Source: Adineta vaga (taxonomy: Eukaryota > Animalia > Rotifera). Taken from it: a DNA stretch of 64,000 nt. The stretch is taken from the NCBI GenBank assembly GCA_021613535.1, contig CP075494.1, positions 1,240,001 through 1,304,000 on the forward strand. The letters are read 5' to 3'. Below, piece after piece: positions 1-12,204 of the stretch. Both the position numbers and the translations under genes were made by a program. The notes below the pieces were generated by a model that did no database searches, was not told the DNA's origin, and worked only from the letters and a program-made list of their open reading frames with translations. Numbering within the stretch: the stretch's first letter is position 1; every line of letters starts with the position of its first letter.

Positions 1-677
1 CAAACTCAAATCCAAACGGTTTGGGTTTGGTGCTTGTCTAATTCACACTCTCACCTACACCCTCATGATTGATCATTTTACATTTGTTCTTTCACAAGTA
101 CATATACATATTACGATCTATTAAGTAATGAATAAAATAGAAGAGAAAATAACTATTACATATATATATATAATAAGAAACAATCAGAAACAGAGAAAAG
201 GACAACATCAATCACTTATTATTGGCTTGCTCTTTCTCTTCCTCATTTTTTTCTTTAAAAGGCTCTGTCAAAAACAAATCGAAATAAGAGTCAAGAGTGA
301 AATTCACAAGCTCTCCTTCTTTCTAATTACACGGCGTGGGAAACAGTTGTCTAGTTATTTCTTCAATTAAAGTCACTGTTGACAGATGTAATAAAGACTT
401 TCCAAAACTATCTTTGTTCTCATAGTTTTGATACAGAAATGTGACTAACGTATAGAGGCCCTAAAATAGTTAAATATAAATTGACACAATATCTCACCGA
501 AACTTTACAGTAGAATCAAAAGGATAATAAACATACCGTTGATTTTCTCCGAAAAAAACTTCCTTCTAATCGACGATAAAACTTTTGTTGACTGATTGAT
601 AAGAGTGTGGTTGATTTTTTATGCCAAGCATATACATTATATAGAGAATAAATTCACTTAAGATAAAAATAATCTTA

Positions 678-1175
678 CGAGGGAACCTTTTCAATTGTCA
701 AATCGCTTTTCATGTGAAATTTACTGGGTTCAAGGTTATCGACCTTGCTAATTCCGAATATGATCATCAGAAGTGCCCTTAGGTTTTGATATGCTGATTT
801 TTCACAAGCACAAATTCTAGAGTAGGTCGAGTTGTTTACAAATCAATACTATTTTTCACTTCATATAGTTTTTTCAATGAAAAATATTCACGTCAGTTAA
901 ATTCGTATATTTAATGCATATGACTAGTATAATATATCACTATAAAAATAGGAAAATTTGAAGATATTTATTCAGCCCTATACTTGCAAAACACAAAAAG
1001 AAACTACGTAGTTATAGACAACTCGACCTGCTCTATAATCTGCGCTTCTGAAAAATCAGCATATAAAAATCTAAGGGCACTTCTCATGGTCATATTCGGA
1101 ATCAGCAAGGTCGATAACCTAGAACCCAATAGGTTTTACATGAAAAGCGATTTGGCAACTGCAAAGGTTCCTTCG
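678..1175. mobile_element. MITE / fold-back non-autonomous DNA transposon with ~165-bp imperfect TIRs
   Basis: 678-~843 (CGAGGGAACCTTT...GTCGAGTTGT) is the imperfect reverse complement of ~1010-1175 (ACAACTCGAC...AAAGGTTCCTTCG). TTA flanks both ends (possible 3-bp TSD). No credible coding capacity. Confidence 0.85.
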
Positions 1176-1254
1176 TTAGTCAATAAACGCCTTCATCACC
1201 AAGATAACAATCTGTTTAATATGCAATCATCGACAATACTTATATTATATATTT

Positions 1255-1306
1255 TAGGATGTGAGTGCTAGATAGATATAAACCCACATCCACACTCACC
1301 CTCAAG
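1255..1306. repeat. Telomere-like inverted hairpin element
   Basis: TAGGATGTGAGTG - spacer - CCCACATCCACACTCACCCTCAAG; intergenic. Confidence 0.6.
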
Positions 1307-1673
1307 ATATAACATAATCTTAAACATATTTTTTTGTAATTTAAATTTTATATCAATATTAGAGAAAAAAAACTTTAATAATAAACAATGACGATACATA
1401 AAAGAGTTTTGTGTTTGTTCGTGATTTTTCTATGTGAAGAAATAAATGTCGATTCTGTCACTAAAAATTTTCTAGAATCAAACATTAGATTGATCGATCT
1501 AATGTAATGATGATATAAGCATTTTTTCTTTAAATCGAATTTCGTCATGTCATTACAAAAACGAAAGAAAGTACATTGTTAATTCTTTTTAATTGATTTA
1601 TAGGATTATTTTATTGATCAATTTTCAGTATAAATATGAGAATATTTGTCATCGTTTTTTGTTCTTATTCATC

Positions 1674-2260
1674 ATGATTTCATTATCAATGTCTTCAACT
1701 ATTTTTATTATTTTAAGGTAACAAACATATCTTTCAAACTTATCTAATATTCAATATTATTTTTTTCAATTTTAGTTTAATTGGTTTGTATTTTACTTTT
1801 CTTTTTAAACTATTTTAATAATAAATCATTTTTAGTATGTTCATCATCAAAAGTAACAACATTTATTCCAACTTATTCAACAACAACAGACTTTCCATCA
1901 ATTTCTGTTTTATCAAATTATTCAAATGAATTAACAAAATTAAGTCCAAAACTACCAGGATCAACAGAATATTATCAAATAATTCATATTAATATGAAAA
2001 CATCAGGTCTTTATACATTTACAAGTCAAAGTCATTTGAATACATTTGCTGCTTTATTTATGAATGGTTTTAATCCATTTAATATTGGTTTATATTTAGT
2101 TTCATCAATTAATATATTTAATGAAAAAAATCAATTTATATTATCACATAATCTTAAAGCAAATAATCAATATATTTTACTTTTAACAACAACTGTACCA
2201 AATCAAACAGGAAATTTTACAATTATTGCATCAGGTCCTGATTATATTGAATTTATTTAA
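1674..2260 (+). CDS. Small putative secreted protein with a beta-sandwich-like domain; 3 exons (1674-1717, 1776-1783, 1836-2260)
   Basis: GT-AG introns of 58 and 52 nt join a hydrophobic N-terminus (MISLSMSSTIFIILSLIVCSS) in frame to ORF 1781-2260 (YYQIIHIN...GLYTFTS...YILLLTT..PNQTGNFTIIASGP). Confidence 0.65.
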
Positions 2261-2442
2261 GAAAATAAGATTTTGGTGAAGGGATAAAAATTTAATAATA
2301 AATCTTCAATTATATTTTCTCTTTCTGAAATGAAATTATCATTGTAAAATCTTTTTTCTTTATATAAAGATTCGACATCTCTATATACGATGATAATTTA
2401 GATTGAATTTCTATTTATAAAAGACAAACAAATTCTTTTAAT

Positions 2443-2501
2443 CTTATGGATGGTTGTGGATGTGAGTAATATTCTTCTCTTCACCCATACCTACCGTCAA
2501 G
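2443..2501. repeat. Telomere-like inverted hairpin element
   Basis: CTTATGGATGGTTGTGGATGTGAGT - spacer - TCACCCATACCTACCGTCAAG; lies between two convergent 3' ends. Confidence 0.6.
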
Positions 2502-2618
2502 ACTATGAGATAACTTTATTTTTGCTGACCAGTCTACTATGCCTCGTTGGGTGCACATAGCCACTTTCATTTTTGAAAGTGCTTCTTTAAATGTTTTTCG
2601 ACAAGCATGGGTTGATAA

Positions 2619-2673
2619 GGGTGTGGGTATGGATGGGTGCAAGTCAGTGTTTCTATTCACCCCCACCCACCCT
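2619..2673. repeat. Telomere-like inverted hairpin element
   Basis: GGGTGTGGGTATGGATGGGTG - spacer - CACCCCCACCCACCC; ~55 nt downstream of the minus-strand stop at 2727. Confidence 0.7.
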
Positions 2674-2726
2674 TCTGTATTTCAATTGATTTTATTGAAA
2701 TAAAATTATAATTGCTAAATTTCCTT

Positions 2727-3611
2727 TTAATGAATAAATTGTTTAATAAACCATCCATATGAAAAATAATTAGCTTTTGGAAGAAGAATCAACTTCGATT
2801 CTGATCCATCTACGTTAACATAGGAAACTCCTTGTACAAACGGTCCAGTTAATTTAATAGATGCATAAAAAATATTTTCCGCAATATCATATGCCGAAAG
2901 TGAAGTAACAACAATATTTGGATCGTCATAAATATTTCCAACATCTTTACTAATTCCACCTTTAGTTCGATCTAAAATTCCAACAGAAGAAACAACATGA
3001 ACACTTGTATTTATATATGTTGTATACATAGTAAATGTTTTATAATCAAATCTCATACTAATCGGTGAGAAATTCATTTTTGTTTTCCAATCAACACCAC
3101 CCGAATTACTTGTATTAATATACCTACATATGTAAAATGTTGATCTTCATTCATCATTAGAAAATATTTTCGACAAATTGGACAATAACTTGATATATGA
3201 GTTGGTTTCGTATTATGAATAGTTCCTAAGATTTGTTTAATATTTCCATTATTTGTATCAATTTCAACGATGGATGTCACATTTTCTTCATCAGTTTCAA
3301 TATGTGTTAATAACACTTAATATTATTTGATTGTTATTATTTGGTGCGGCAATATAAACAACATCAGCATTTGGATCATATGTTAATGGTAAAACAGAGT
3401 ATTTGATGTTTTGAGGATTTCCAACATCGTTTATATCTAATTTACTCGATATATTAAATTGTGATGTATCGAAATTAAGTGTTCCGTAATAAAGGTGAGG
3501 GTGATCAGAATCAGAAAATAAACCATGAAGAATATGCGGTGAATCTTGTTTTGCTAAACAATTTGATTTTATTACAGATATGATGAAGAGAATTAGAAAT
3601 AGTTTCATCAT
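2727..3611 (-). pseudogene. Secreted protein gene broken by two frameshifts (pseudogene or assembly error)
   Basis: Signal peptide MMKLFLILFIISVIKSNCLA. Three overlapping ORFs (3297-3611, 3074-3316, 2727-3077). Removing 2 extra nt near 3120 restores YVGINTSNSGGVDWKTKMNFSP. Confidence 0.65.
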
Positions 3612-4069
3612 TTATAAAATTAACTAAAGTAAAAGAAATGAAATGTGGTATCACGATGATGTCTTATTTGTTTTATATACTGCACAATTCTTATCGTTTA
3701 CTGATAAGAACTATTAAAATGATATTGTCATGATGAAAAGAACAAAAAAAAGTACTAAAATAATAATTTTGTATAGATATTTATTGACCGTTAAGTACTT
3801 CACCTAGGAGTTGTCTTTTTTTGATCAGTACTATTTTATGGTCACCGAATTTGCTCACAGGAATATTACGAAACCGATTGGTTCCGTACTGGATTATTTG
3901 ACATGCAAACAGTTGTTTATTTTCAATAGAAATGTTCGTTAAGAAAGAATAATTTAAAGGTGTGAGTAAAGAGAGACACAATTGTTCGTTTGAATTGAAA
4001 CTTTTTATTATATAATTACAAATTGGAAGCTTTAGTATGCGAAAAATTGTCTTAAATTATAGAGTTATT

Positions 4070-4140
4070 CTTGAGGGTGGGTGTGGGTGTTTTTGAATAC
4101 TGATGCTCTTAGACCAACGCCCTCATCCACATCCACACCC
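4070..4140. repeat. Telomere-like inverted hairpin element
   Basis: CTTGAGGGTGGGTGTGGGTG - spacer - CCCTCATCCACATCCACACCC; overlaps the predicted stop of the YvgO-like gene. Confidence 0.75.
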
Positions 4141-4864
4141 TTTGCAGGATTGAGGGGAAGTCGTGCTCCCCTATCAGGAAATCGCTAGGATTAACCTCCT
4201 CTGGCCCATAAAAGGTAACGTTCCCATCCAGCTGACCATCTTTAAAATTATGTTTCCCCGACATTATCCAATGCTCTTTTCTAAATAGATCTTACACATA
4301 TTAGTATATGAATTTTAAGAATACGATTACATACCCAAGTTCTCCTTTATTCTCAAATGTGCCACGTTTGAAAATCCACACGCCGAATGGAGTACCATCA
4401 ATGTAAACTTTCTCAAAGAATTGTATTCCTTGTAAATGATTCACACGCTTTTGACTCAAGTCGAATATCTGTCAACGGAAATTATAGTGAAAACGTCCTT
4501 TAATCTATTGAATCAAAATAAACGAATGTATCTCCAGTCAACAAATACCAATCATCAATGAGATCTCGGTTTTATTCTTTAGACAAACATTCGTATGAGT
4601 TCTTTTACGGCATGCTGCAGTCATTTAATACTCATCGATTCAATGAAACTTACCAAAAGATTGGAGCCGGTACGAGTCATGGGTTCGGCAACTTTAAATA
4701 CGGCCTCTACCTTGGCTGCACGATCCCCGGAATGCTTAGCTGCACTCTAGAAAGGTATAAAAGAACTAATGAATCGTTGATATTTCGCGAAATTTACCTC
4801 GAGATCCTCTAGTGTAACGACGTCCACACCTACAAGCGTTTCTTGTGTTCCTTGATATCTATGG
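4109..4864 (-). CDS. Spliced gene resembling the Bacillus YvgO stress-protein family; exons 4864-4798, 4746-4654, 4468-4335, 4280-4109; first exon not resolved
   Basis: Missed by the ORF track. Phase-consistent GT-AG introns give ...LESAAKHSGDRAAKVEAVF...NLLIFDLSQKRVNHLQGIQFFEKVYIDGTPFGVWIFKRGTFENKGELGKEHWIMSG, matching the recalled YvgO pattern FNLSQ...GVQFF...DG..FGIWVF..G.F.NKG.GG...W. Confidence 0.6.
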
Positions 4865-5088
4865 CTGTATAAAATAAAAATAAAAAAACGAGGGAATTAA
4901 TTAGAATCATAAGGAAGACATGAATTGCATTGATCTTATGAACTAAGATCGAAATTTCCGAATTGTCGTAGTTTTATTGAACCTCATCCTCAACTGATGA
5001 TGCAACTCTTTAACAAGATGAAAACAGTATATTGTCATGGCAGCTGTTCTCTAGCAATAGGTCGAAACGCATCATGATTGCTATAAAC

Positions 5089-5908
5089 TCACGTCTTATA
5101 ATCTAATTTTGCCAAGACGGGTAAATGATCAGATGGATAATATTTATTATTATGATGATCAGTTAAATGTTGATGTGTCAAGGTTTTAAAATATGTTGGT
5201 GTAATGAAAATATAATCTATTCGACTATCGATATCAAATTCTACATTGAACGTAGACCAAGTACCATTAGGACCCTCATGAGACTCTTCAGACAATTCTT
5301 TTGCATCTCCAAAATCAGAATCATTTATAATAGTACGATATGCACGAGTTAGATTCTGTATTAAAATCACCAGTTAATATTACCGGTGTCGATCCAGCCT
5401 TTTCTTTGATCTTTTTTAAAATAAGATCAGCACTTTTTTCACGAGCTTCACAACTTCTATGATCCAAATGTGTATTAAAATGATATATTTCCTTTTCCGT
5501 TTTTCGATCTTTGAGTTTTACCCAACTGCAAATTCTTGGGCAATCAGCTCCCCATCCTCTCTCACCAATTTCGCCCGTGTCTGATAACCAAAAAGTACCG
5601 TCCTCAAGCCATTCAAATCGATCGCATCGATAGAATACACCACCAAATTCACCACCCTCACGTCCATCATCACGACCAACACCATAAGAATCGTAATCAT
5701 ATAATCCATTTCTTAAATCACTCATTTGTCCTGAAAGAGCTTCTTGAACACCAAATAAATCAGGACTATACCTACGAATAAGGTTAATAACACTATCTTT
5801 ACGATAGTACCACGTATTATTCCTTGACGGAATAAGTGACCAGTCATTCAGAGTATTTACACGAATGTTATATGTCATGACCTTTAATGTAGTAGTATTC
5901 GATGCCAT
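5089..5908 (-). pseudogene. Intronless bacterial-type endonuclease/exonuclease/phosphatase (EEP) gene with one frameshift near 5345
   Basis: Motifs VMTYNIR, PDLFGVQEA, FWLS, FNTHLDH, ILTGDFN in ORF 5321-5908, and RIDYIF, SDHLPV in overlapping ORF 5089-5370. Confidence 0.85.
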
Positions 5909-6745
5909 TGTTATAGATAAAACGACAATAAAATCTAAAAAGAAAAACTAATAATACTTTTTTCAAATATAACTGTTATATCAAATATTAAAATTTTCAG
6001 TGAGAAAAAAACCCACAACCTTACATTCAAATAAAGAAAGACGATAAAAATATGACAGCTCAGTCTCCCGAATCCAGGATATAAAGAGGAAAGAATCTGA
6101 ATATAGTGATTATAGTATATCTATGAATGTATCAAAAATACAACCCCAAGACACGAAGACAATAATAACAAAATGTATGATACACACGTATATGTATATT
6201 CTTTCTCCTACAAAATAAGAGAAAAAGAAGAAATTCTTGCTAATAAAAACTGAAATAACTCAATGATAGGGTATTACTAACATCACTGATTCATTTGTAA
6301 ACAGAATATATTATTGGACAAAAGATAGCAGAGCAATATATTAAGAATCTATCGCCATCTATAAACATACTAAATTCAAAAAGCAATAAGAACGTATTTA
6401 TCAAATATATCAGTTATCCGATGATAGAAATATAAAGTCATTGTATCAAAAGAATTATGCAGATTGAAAATTCTTTATTTTTAAATATCTCAATGATAAA
6501 GTTTATATTTCATATATTGAGAATTTCATATTAATATCTGTGGCACTCATAAGATTCAAGTAACATTTAAATATCCAATTGTATGATAACTCTATACTGA
6601 TCCTCATCGCTACGTTGCGTACTAAAATTTCTATTTTAACGATAGAAGAAAAATGACGTCACATTATTCCAATGATATTTGTTCTTCTTTACTATCAACT
6701 ACTGTCTACTATAGCTTTATTGTCCGACTAACTCGCAGAAAAATC

Positions 6746-6796
6746 GAGGACGTGGGTGTGGATGTTTGAGAAGAAGAGATACTCACATCCACACCC
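6746..6796. repeat. Telomere-like inverted hairpin element
   Basis: GAGGACGTGGGTGTGGATGT - spacer - ACTCACATCCACACCC; ~75 nt downstream of the stop at 6870. Confidence 0.75.
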
Positions 6797-9700
6797 TTTT
6801 TCAAGCTGTAGATATGCATAATATAGTTGCGTATCGTTAGCATTGTCTAAAATAAAGTACCAATAATCTCTACAAGTCTGGTGCGATCCGACGAGCACGA
6901 ATTTTTTCATATAGTTTTATCACAAGTGGCGCAAGAAATCGAAGCACTATGGTCAAACCACCATAAACACCAAATAAAGTGCTAACAATATCAAGAGCAT
7001 TGTTACGTTGAATGGATGAATATTCACACGATAATGGTGCACAAATAGAAAAGTAACTAGAATAGTTACTAGCAGTTTCCCATTCTTCAACGAAAAGTTC
7101 GTCGATCATATCTCCAATCGGTAATGTGATATTGGTAATCGTAGATGAATTAAGAGGAACAATATTGAATTGAGTGCCATTAATGAGCAAATCACTAAGT
7201 AATTGAATAAGACAATCAGTCTTGGAGAAACATTCCAAAGTTGATAATCGCAATCCATCGATAGGGAGGCAACCTCGAAATAAACCAGGATATGATCTAT
7301 TCATAGTAAACACAAATGGTTTCGAGCATGTTGATGAACTGTCACATGAGCATGAAGATGAATTGTTACCAGTAGAGAACGTACGAGGAATTGTATTGAT
7401 TAAATATTGTTCTTCAGCGTTTGATAGTGCAATCTGCCAATTAGACGTAGGCATATTCATGAATTGATTTGCCTTCAAGTTTCCAGTGACAAAAGCAAGT
7501 GTATGATGAAAATCGATGGGTGCTTGTTTAAGAAAAGTGTTAATAAGAGTATTTATGCGAGCATTGAAGACATTTTGTGACATGACTTCGAAGCTGATCA
7601 GTTTATTAGCACTAAATACATCTATGGTATTATCGAGTGTACTTTTGGTTAATTTACACATCGATGAGAGAAGTCTCATGTGACTGATCCGAATCCGTCT
7701 GATTATCAAACACTCTTTCCCACCATTGAGTCGAAACAAATGCACTTGAGCATATGATGTGTTGAATCGGTGAAATTGACAGAAACATATTGTAGGATAT
7801 TGAGTTTTGAGAACAAGGACATTTAAGAGAGAAAAGTGTCGGTTGTTGATATAATGTATTCACAGTGGATGCAGTTGGCGTAGAAACAATCTTAGTATAT
7901 GTCTGTTGACGAAAACTTAAAAGTAGAAAAATACATATAAGACATCCAGTCAAGAACAAAAAGTAGATCCGAGTTGCTGCACGTTGCATTGCAATAGTCA
8001 TAGTTTTTACTTTTGAAAACACATTGATTGACCACAATGTTGACCATATTTTCATAAATTTTCTTCGATAAGGAGTTTCAACAACTAAGATAGAGAAATT
8101 TAGGATCAGCATTGTCAAATCATTATAGTTCTTTACTTACCGACTCCTTGCTCAGATGGTCTAATACAAAAGTATCTGTGGATCAACGTCACGCCAAGTG
8201 GTACTGCGAGGCGCAAACAAAGAGTCAGACCTGTCCAAATACCGAGTAGACTGGCAATAATATGAAGTACATTAAATCCACCATCATCCGTATAAGTACA
8301 TTCACTAGGTGCACATTGTTTGTAATATTCTTCATATTTACTCATTGTAATCCACTCCTCGATGAATAGTTGAGATGCAAGCATATCAATAGTAGTATTA
8401 GGCATAAAACGACTTTTTAGATTTGGATTGAGAGCAGAAATATTTGATGTAGCAAATTCGAGTGGTTTAATAATAATATCAGTAAGGTTGAACGAACGCC
8501 ATGCTATAATTAATGTTAAACATGATTGATTGTAAATACATTCAAGAGACGAAAGAAGTCCAGCTTCGATAGGAAAGCATCCACCAGCAAAACCAGTCAC
8601 TGGTTGTATTATATTGTCACTACCAAATCCCATACCCATTCTCCATATAGGATAAAAGCCGCGTAAACCACCGCATTGACTAGATGTACCGCATGAACAG
8701 TTTTTCTCGTCAATAATTGGTGAGAAATATACAGTTTGGTTGTTTTGCTGAGCGAAGAGAGCACTGTAACTAGTAGCAGAAAAAAGTTGATTGTCATTAA
8801 TCGAAACCTCGAATTAGTTCAAACAACCGCATAAATAAAGCAATTGTTTGAATTTCGAATTGATTGAGAATTGTAGCTGTTTGAACATTGAAATCGGTGT
8901 GTGACAATATATTCATGGTGATTAGATCGGTTGAATTAAAATCGGCTATAGCAATGCTTACAGTTTCATCGGCCATGTCACATAGAACTTGCAGCAAACT
9001 GAAAAAAATTTGTCCGGAAAGTCGAAAATCATTCGGAAACCAAGTTAAAAGGCGAGCGTAAGAGCCTAGATCAAAGTAAGACAACCAAATATCAGTTACA
9101 AATTCACTTAAGCACACTTGATGATAGCGTGGTTGAATATCAATGATCTGATTATAGCTGATAGAAAGACGCGAACAGCCACACACCAGAGTTGATGAAT
9201 ACAACTTTTCCAGGTTTTCATATTGAGCAAAAGATGGTGAACGTATCATGACAGTGTACATGTCAGTTGCCAACGACGTATACGTTGAAAATGTAACTGC
9301 TCCGATAAGCAATAAGCTAATATAGACACGGGTGGAAATTATACCAAGACGAATCTCATCTGATTCGAATAAATCAAATGTCAAAATTTTTTCTTTAGCT
9401 AGATGGAAGATTTGAAGGATACGCATCGATATTTGTAGACGGTTTTCTTCTACTTCTTCTTCTTCTTCTTCTTCTTGATGTTCGTTTTCAGTTCGTACTC
9501 GTGTAAAACGCCGATAGAATTTAATAATTATTGGTGATAACACTCGAAAGATTACAGAAAGACCACCAAAAATGCTGGTTACTGTTGTAAACATATGAAG
9601 CACATCAAATCGTCGTGAATAGAGATAAGTGCACATTGTAGGAGCACATTCCATGAAATAGTTGACATAGCTACTGGCATTGTGTAATGATTCAAGTAAT

Positions 9701-11211
9701 AATTCCGTGAGCAGCACTTCTATGGTTGTATTTGGCAGAAAACGTGATCTTGTTAGTAGAATAGTTTCATTGAAACGTTCACCCAGTGTGCTGACACATG
9801 CTCGATCATAAAAACATTGAAGATTCGACTGTAATATTGAACTACTCGGTATACAACCGGTTAACATACCAGAAACGAGTGAAAGTGGTGGAGGTTGAGG
9901 TAAATACAAACCACCGAGACCATTTCGAGGTTCTTCATTATATATACCAGCAGGAAATGTGCAATCAAATGTCCAGACACATTCACAATAAGGAACCAAT
10001 GTGTTGAATGGATCTGTTTCGTTTGTTGTAAAATCCATCGGATAGATAGTCCAGTAAGTGATGAAATCAGCAGAACCCGGCACCATTGTTGTAAAATAGT
10101 TGGTTCTCAATGCTGACACAATTGAATTTTGTTCCAGCATTTTGAATAATAGTCGGTGTGTGCGCAATAAGGTTGCAGCTGTATTAACTAGAAATTGTTC
10201 AACAATAGCAGATGTCTCTATTTCGAATGCAACATGTGTTGATAATTGTGCAGATATCATTAATGTCGAGCCAAATTCTCCATATAGCGTATCATTGATA
10301 GCACTCGACGCTGTACGACACAGTAGGGCAATAAACTCAAATTGTGATGAAGCGATCAAACGAAAATCAAGAGGATGATAATAACGAGTTCTATTATATG
10401 TTCGAAACAATGATTCTATCCACTCTGGTTGTACCAATGTACTGGAACATACTGGATGATATTCAGGCATAAACGATAAAAATTTATCACGACGAATTGA
10501 TGTCTGTGTGCATGGACAAGAAAGAGTTGTTGGAAATCGACTTTGCAACTGTTCAATAATGGACAGTGGAACAGGGTTTCCATGTATAGTGATTGTATTT
10601 GTCTGTGTGCTAAAGCCCGAGAAAAGGAGAACAACGACTACACCGATGCCGACCAATACGATGTACAATCGAGTACCTAAACGTTGATCAATTACTGGTT
10701 CATCATTCGTTGAAAATAAATTCAAATTTATTAAGGGGACCCCCCCCTCAGAAAATGTCATTTTTTCGAAAAAAATCGAAATTGAGTTTTTAGCATAGGA
10801 AGATGCGCCGTGTTTTCCTCTTTCAGAATATGTATAATTTGTTTAAAAATAATTGGATTTTCATGTACTTTTTGTATAAAACATATTACTTACTACCAGT
10901 ATTTTTTCAAATTTTCGCTATTTTGGAGAATTTTTCAGTTTTGACGAAAACTGCATTACCAATTCTGGCAGTATTCAATAGTATCTTTTTGGAAAGATTA
11001 CTAAGCTCTTACCGACATCCTGGCTGAGGGCTATATATCGATATGTCATACTCAGCACTAAATAGCTGGAGTGTATTGAACAGGATTCCATTTAGGAAAT
11101 TTAATGTAACTTCGAATGTGAACTGATGCTTTTTCTATGGAAGCTGCTTATTGTTGAACTCAGTTTAATAAATAAACAAACAACATAAAAATAATTTTAA
11201 AAAACGTCAAT

Positions 11212-11974
11212 CTATGTACGAAAAAGTTCGATAAACGCTTGCAAAGTGAAGGTGACGTCTGGTTTTTGTGAATAGATTTTTTCATCGATATCCGATGGAT
11301 ATAAGCAACGAACGATTTGTTTAATTAACGGTGGTAAATCATAAACTTCTTTCTTCGTTGTTTTTCTTTTTTGCTGTCGAATTTCGAATATGAGTTGACG
11401 AAGCTGATTGAAAGTTTCTTGTCGACATTTTCGATCACGTGGTAAATCAAGCGGATTTATGTTTGTTGCTACTGTTGATGACGAGGAAGATAAATTAACT
11501 GAATTTGTGCCTGTTGTGAGTGTTAATGTTGAGAACGATCGAGTGATTGATTTTGATTTACTAGAAAAAAGAAGAGTTTTTATTGACACCTAATACACTT
11601 TAAAAGAAGGATGCAAAGATTTAGTGAATATTTCGTCTGCTACTTTTAGATCCTTTGACTTAGTTTAACGATATATTTAAAGAAAGAACTGATACATACC
11701 TTACAGTATCGACCTTCTTGTTATTCGTAATATTTAATTTGAATGTTTTATTCAAATCGATTTTGCTGGACTCATCTGATTCATCTGAACTGTTTGATTC
11801 ATTGTTTGTTGTAGCATCTGATTCAGAATCGATGGCTGCTGTGTTTAGAAGATTGATACATAAATCAACAGCATCATCAGGTTTCAGGATTTTCACTAGA
11901 GTGTCAGGTATAATAACGTTTTCCTTGTTAAACGCAGCACATAAGGCATTGTAACATATCTCGAAGTTGTTCAT
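11212..11974 (-). CDS. Transposon accessory ORF (KolX-like), probably spliced; 5' end uncertain
   Basis: ORFs 11660-11974 and 11212-11589 downstream of the transposase. C-terminal RKCRQETFNQLRQLIF...LPPLIKQIVRCLYPS resembles the KolX/P2X7-ballast-type motif. Confidence 0.5.
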
Positions 11975-12204
11975 TGTGTCTTGAAATTCTAAAATGAAGA
12001 GAACGTATCAAAAGTACATTATTGATGTAATATGTAATCTGAAGTCATTAAAATTTGACTGTGAAGGAAGAAAAGACATGGTAATGCGTATTTTAATTCT
12101 ATTATAAAAAATAAAAGAGTTTTAAATAAAAGATGTTTATTCATAAATAGATGTATAAACAAGTAGAAAGACACTAAGAAACACTGCGCATCAAAAAAGA
12201 AAAT

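Noticed and set aside
1-65. CCAAAC/GTTTGG palindrome plus a C-rich arm at the window start
   Set aside because: Truncated by the window edge; may be another hairpin-family member but cannot be delimited
984-1271. 95-aa ORF
   Set aside because: Non-ATG start and mostly inside a MITE arm
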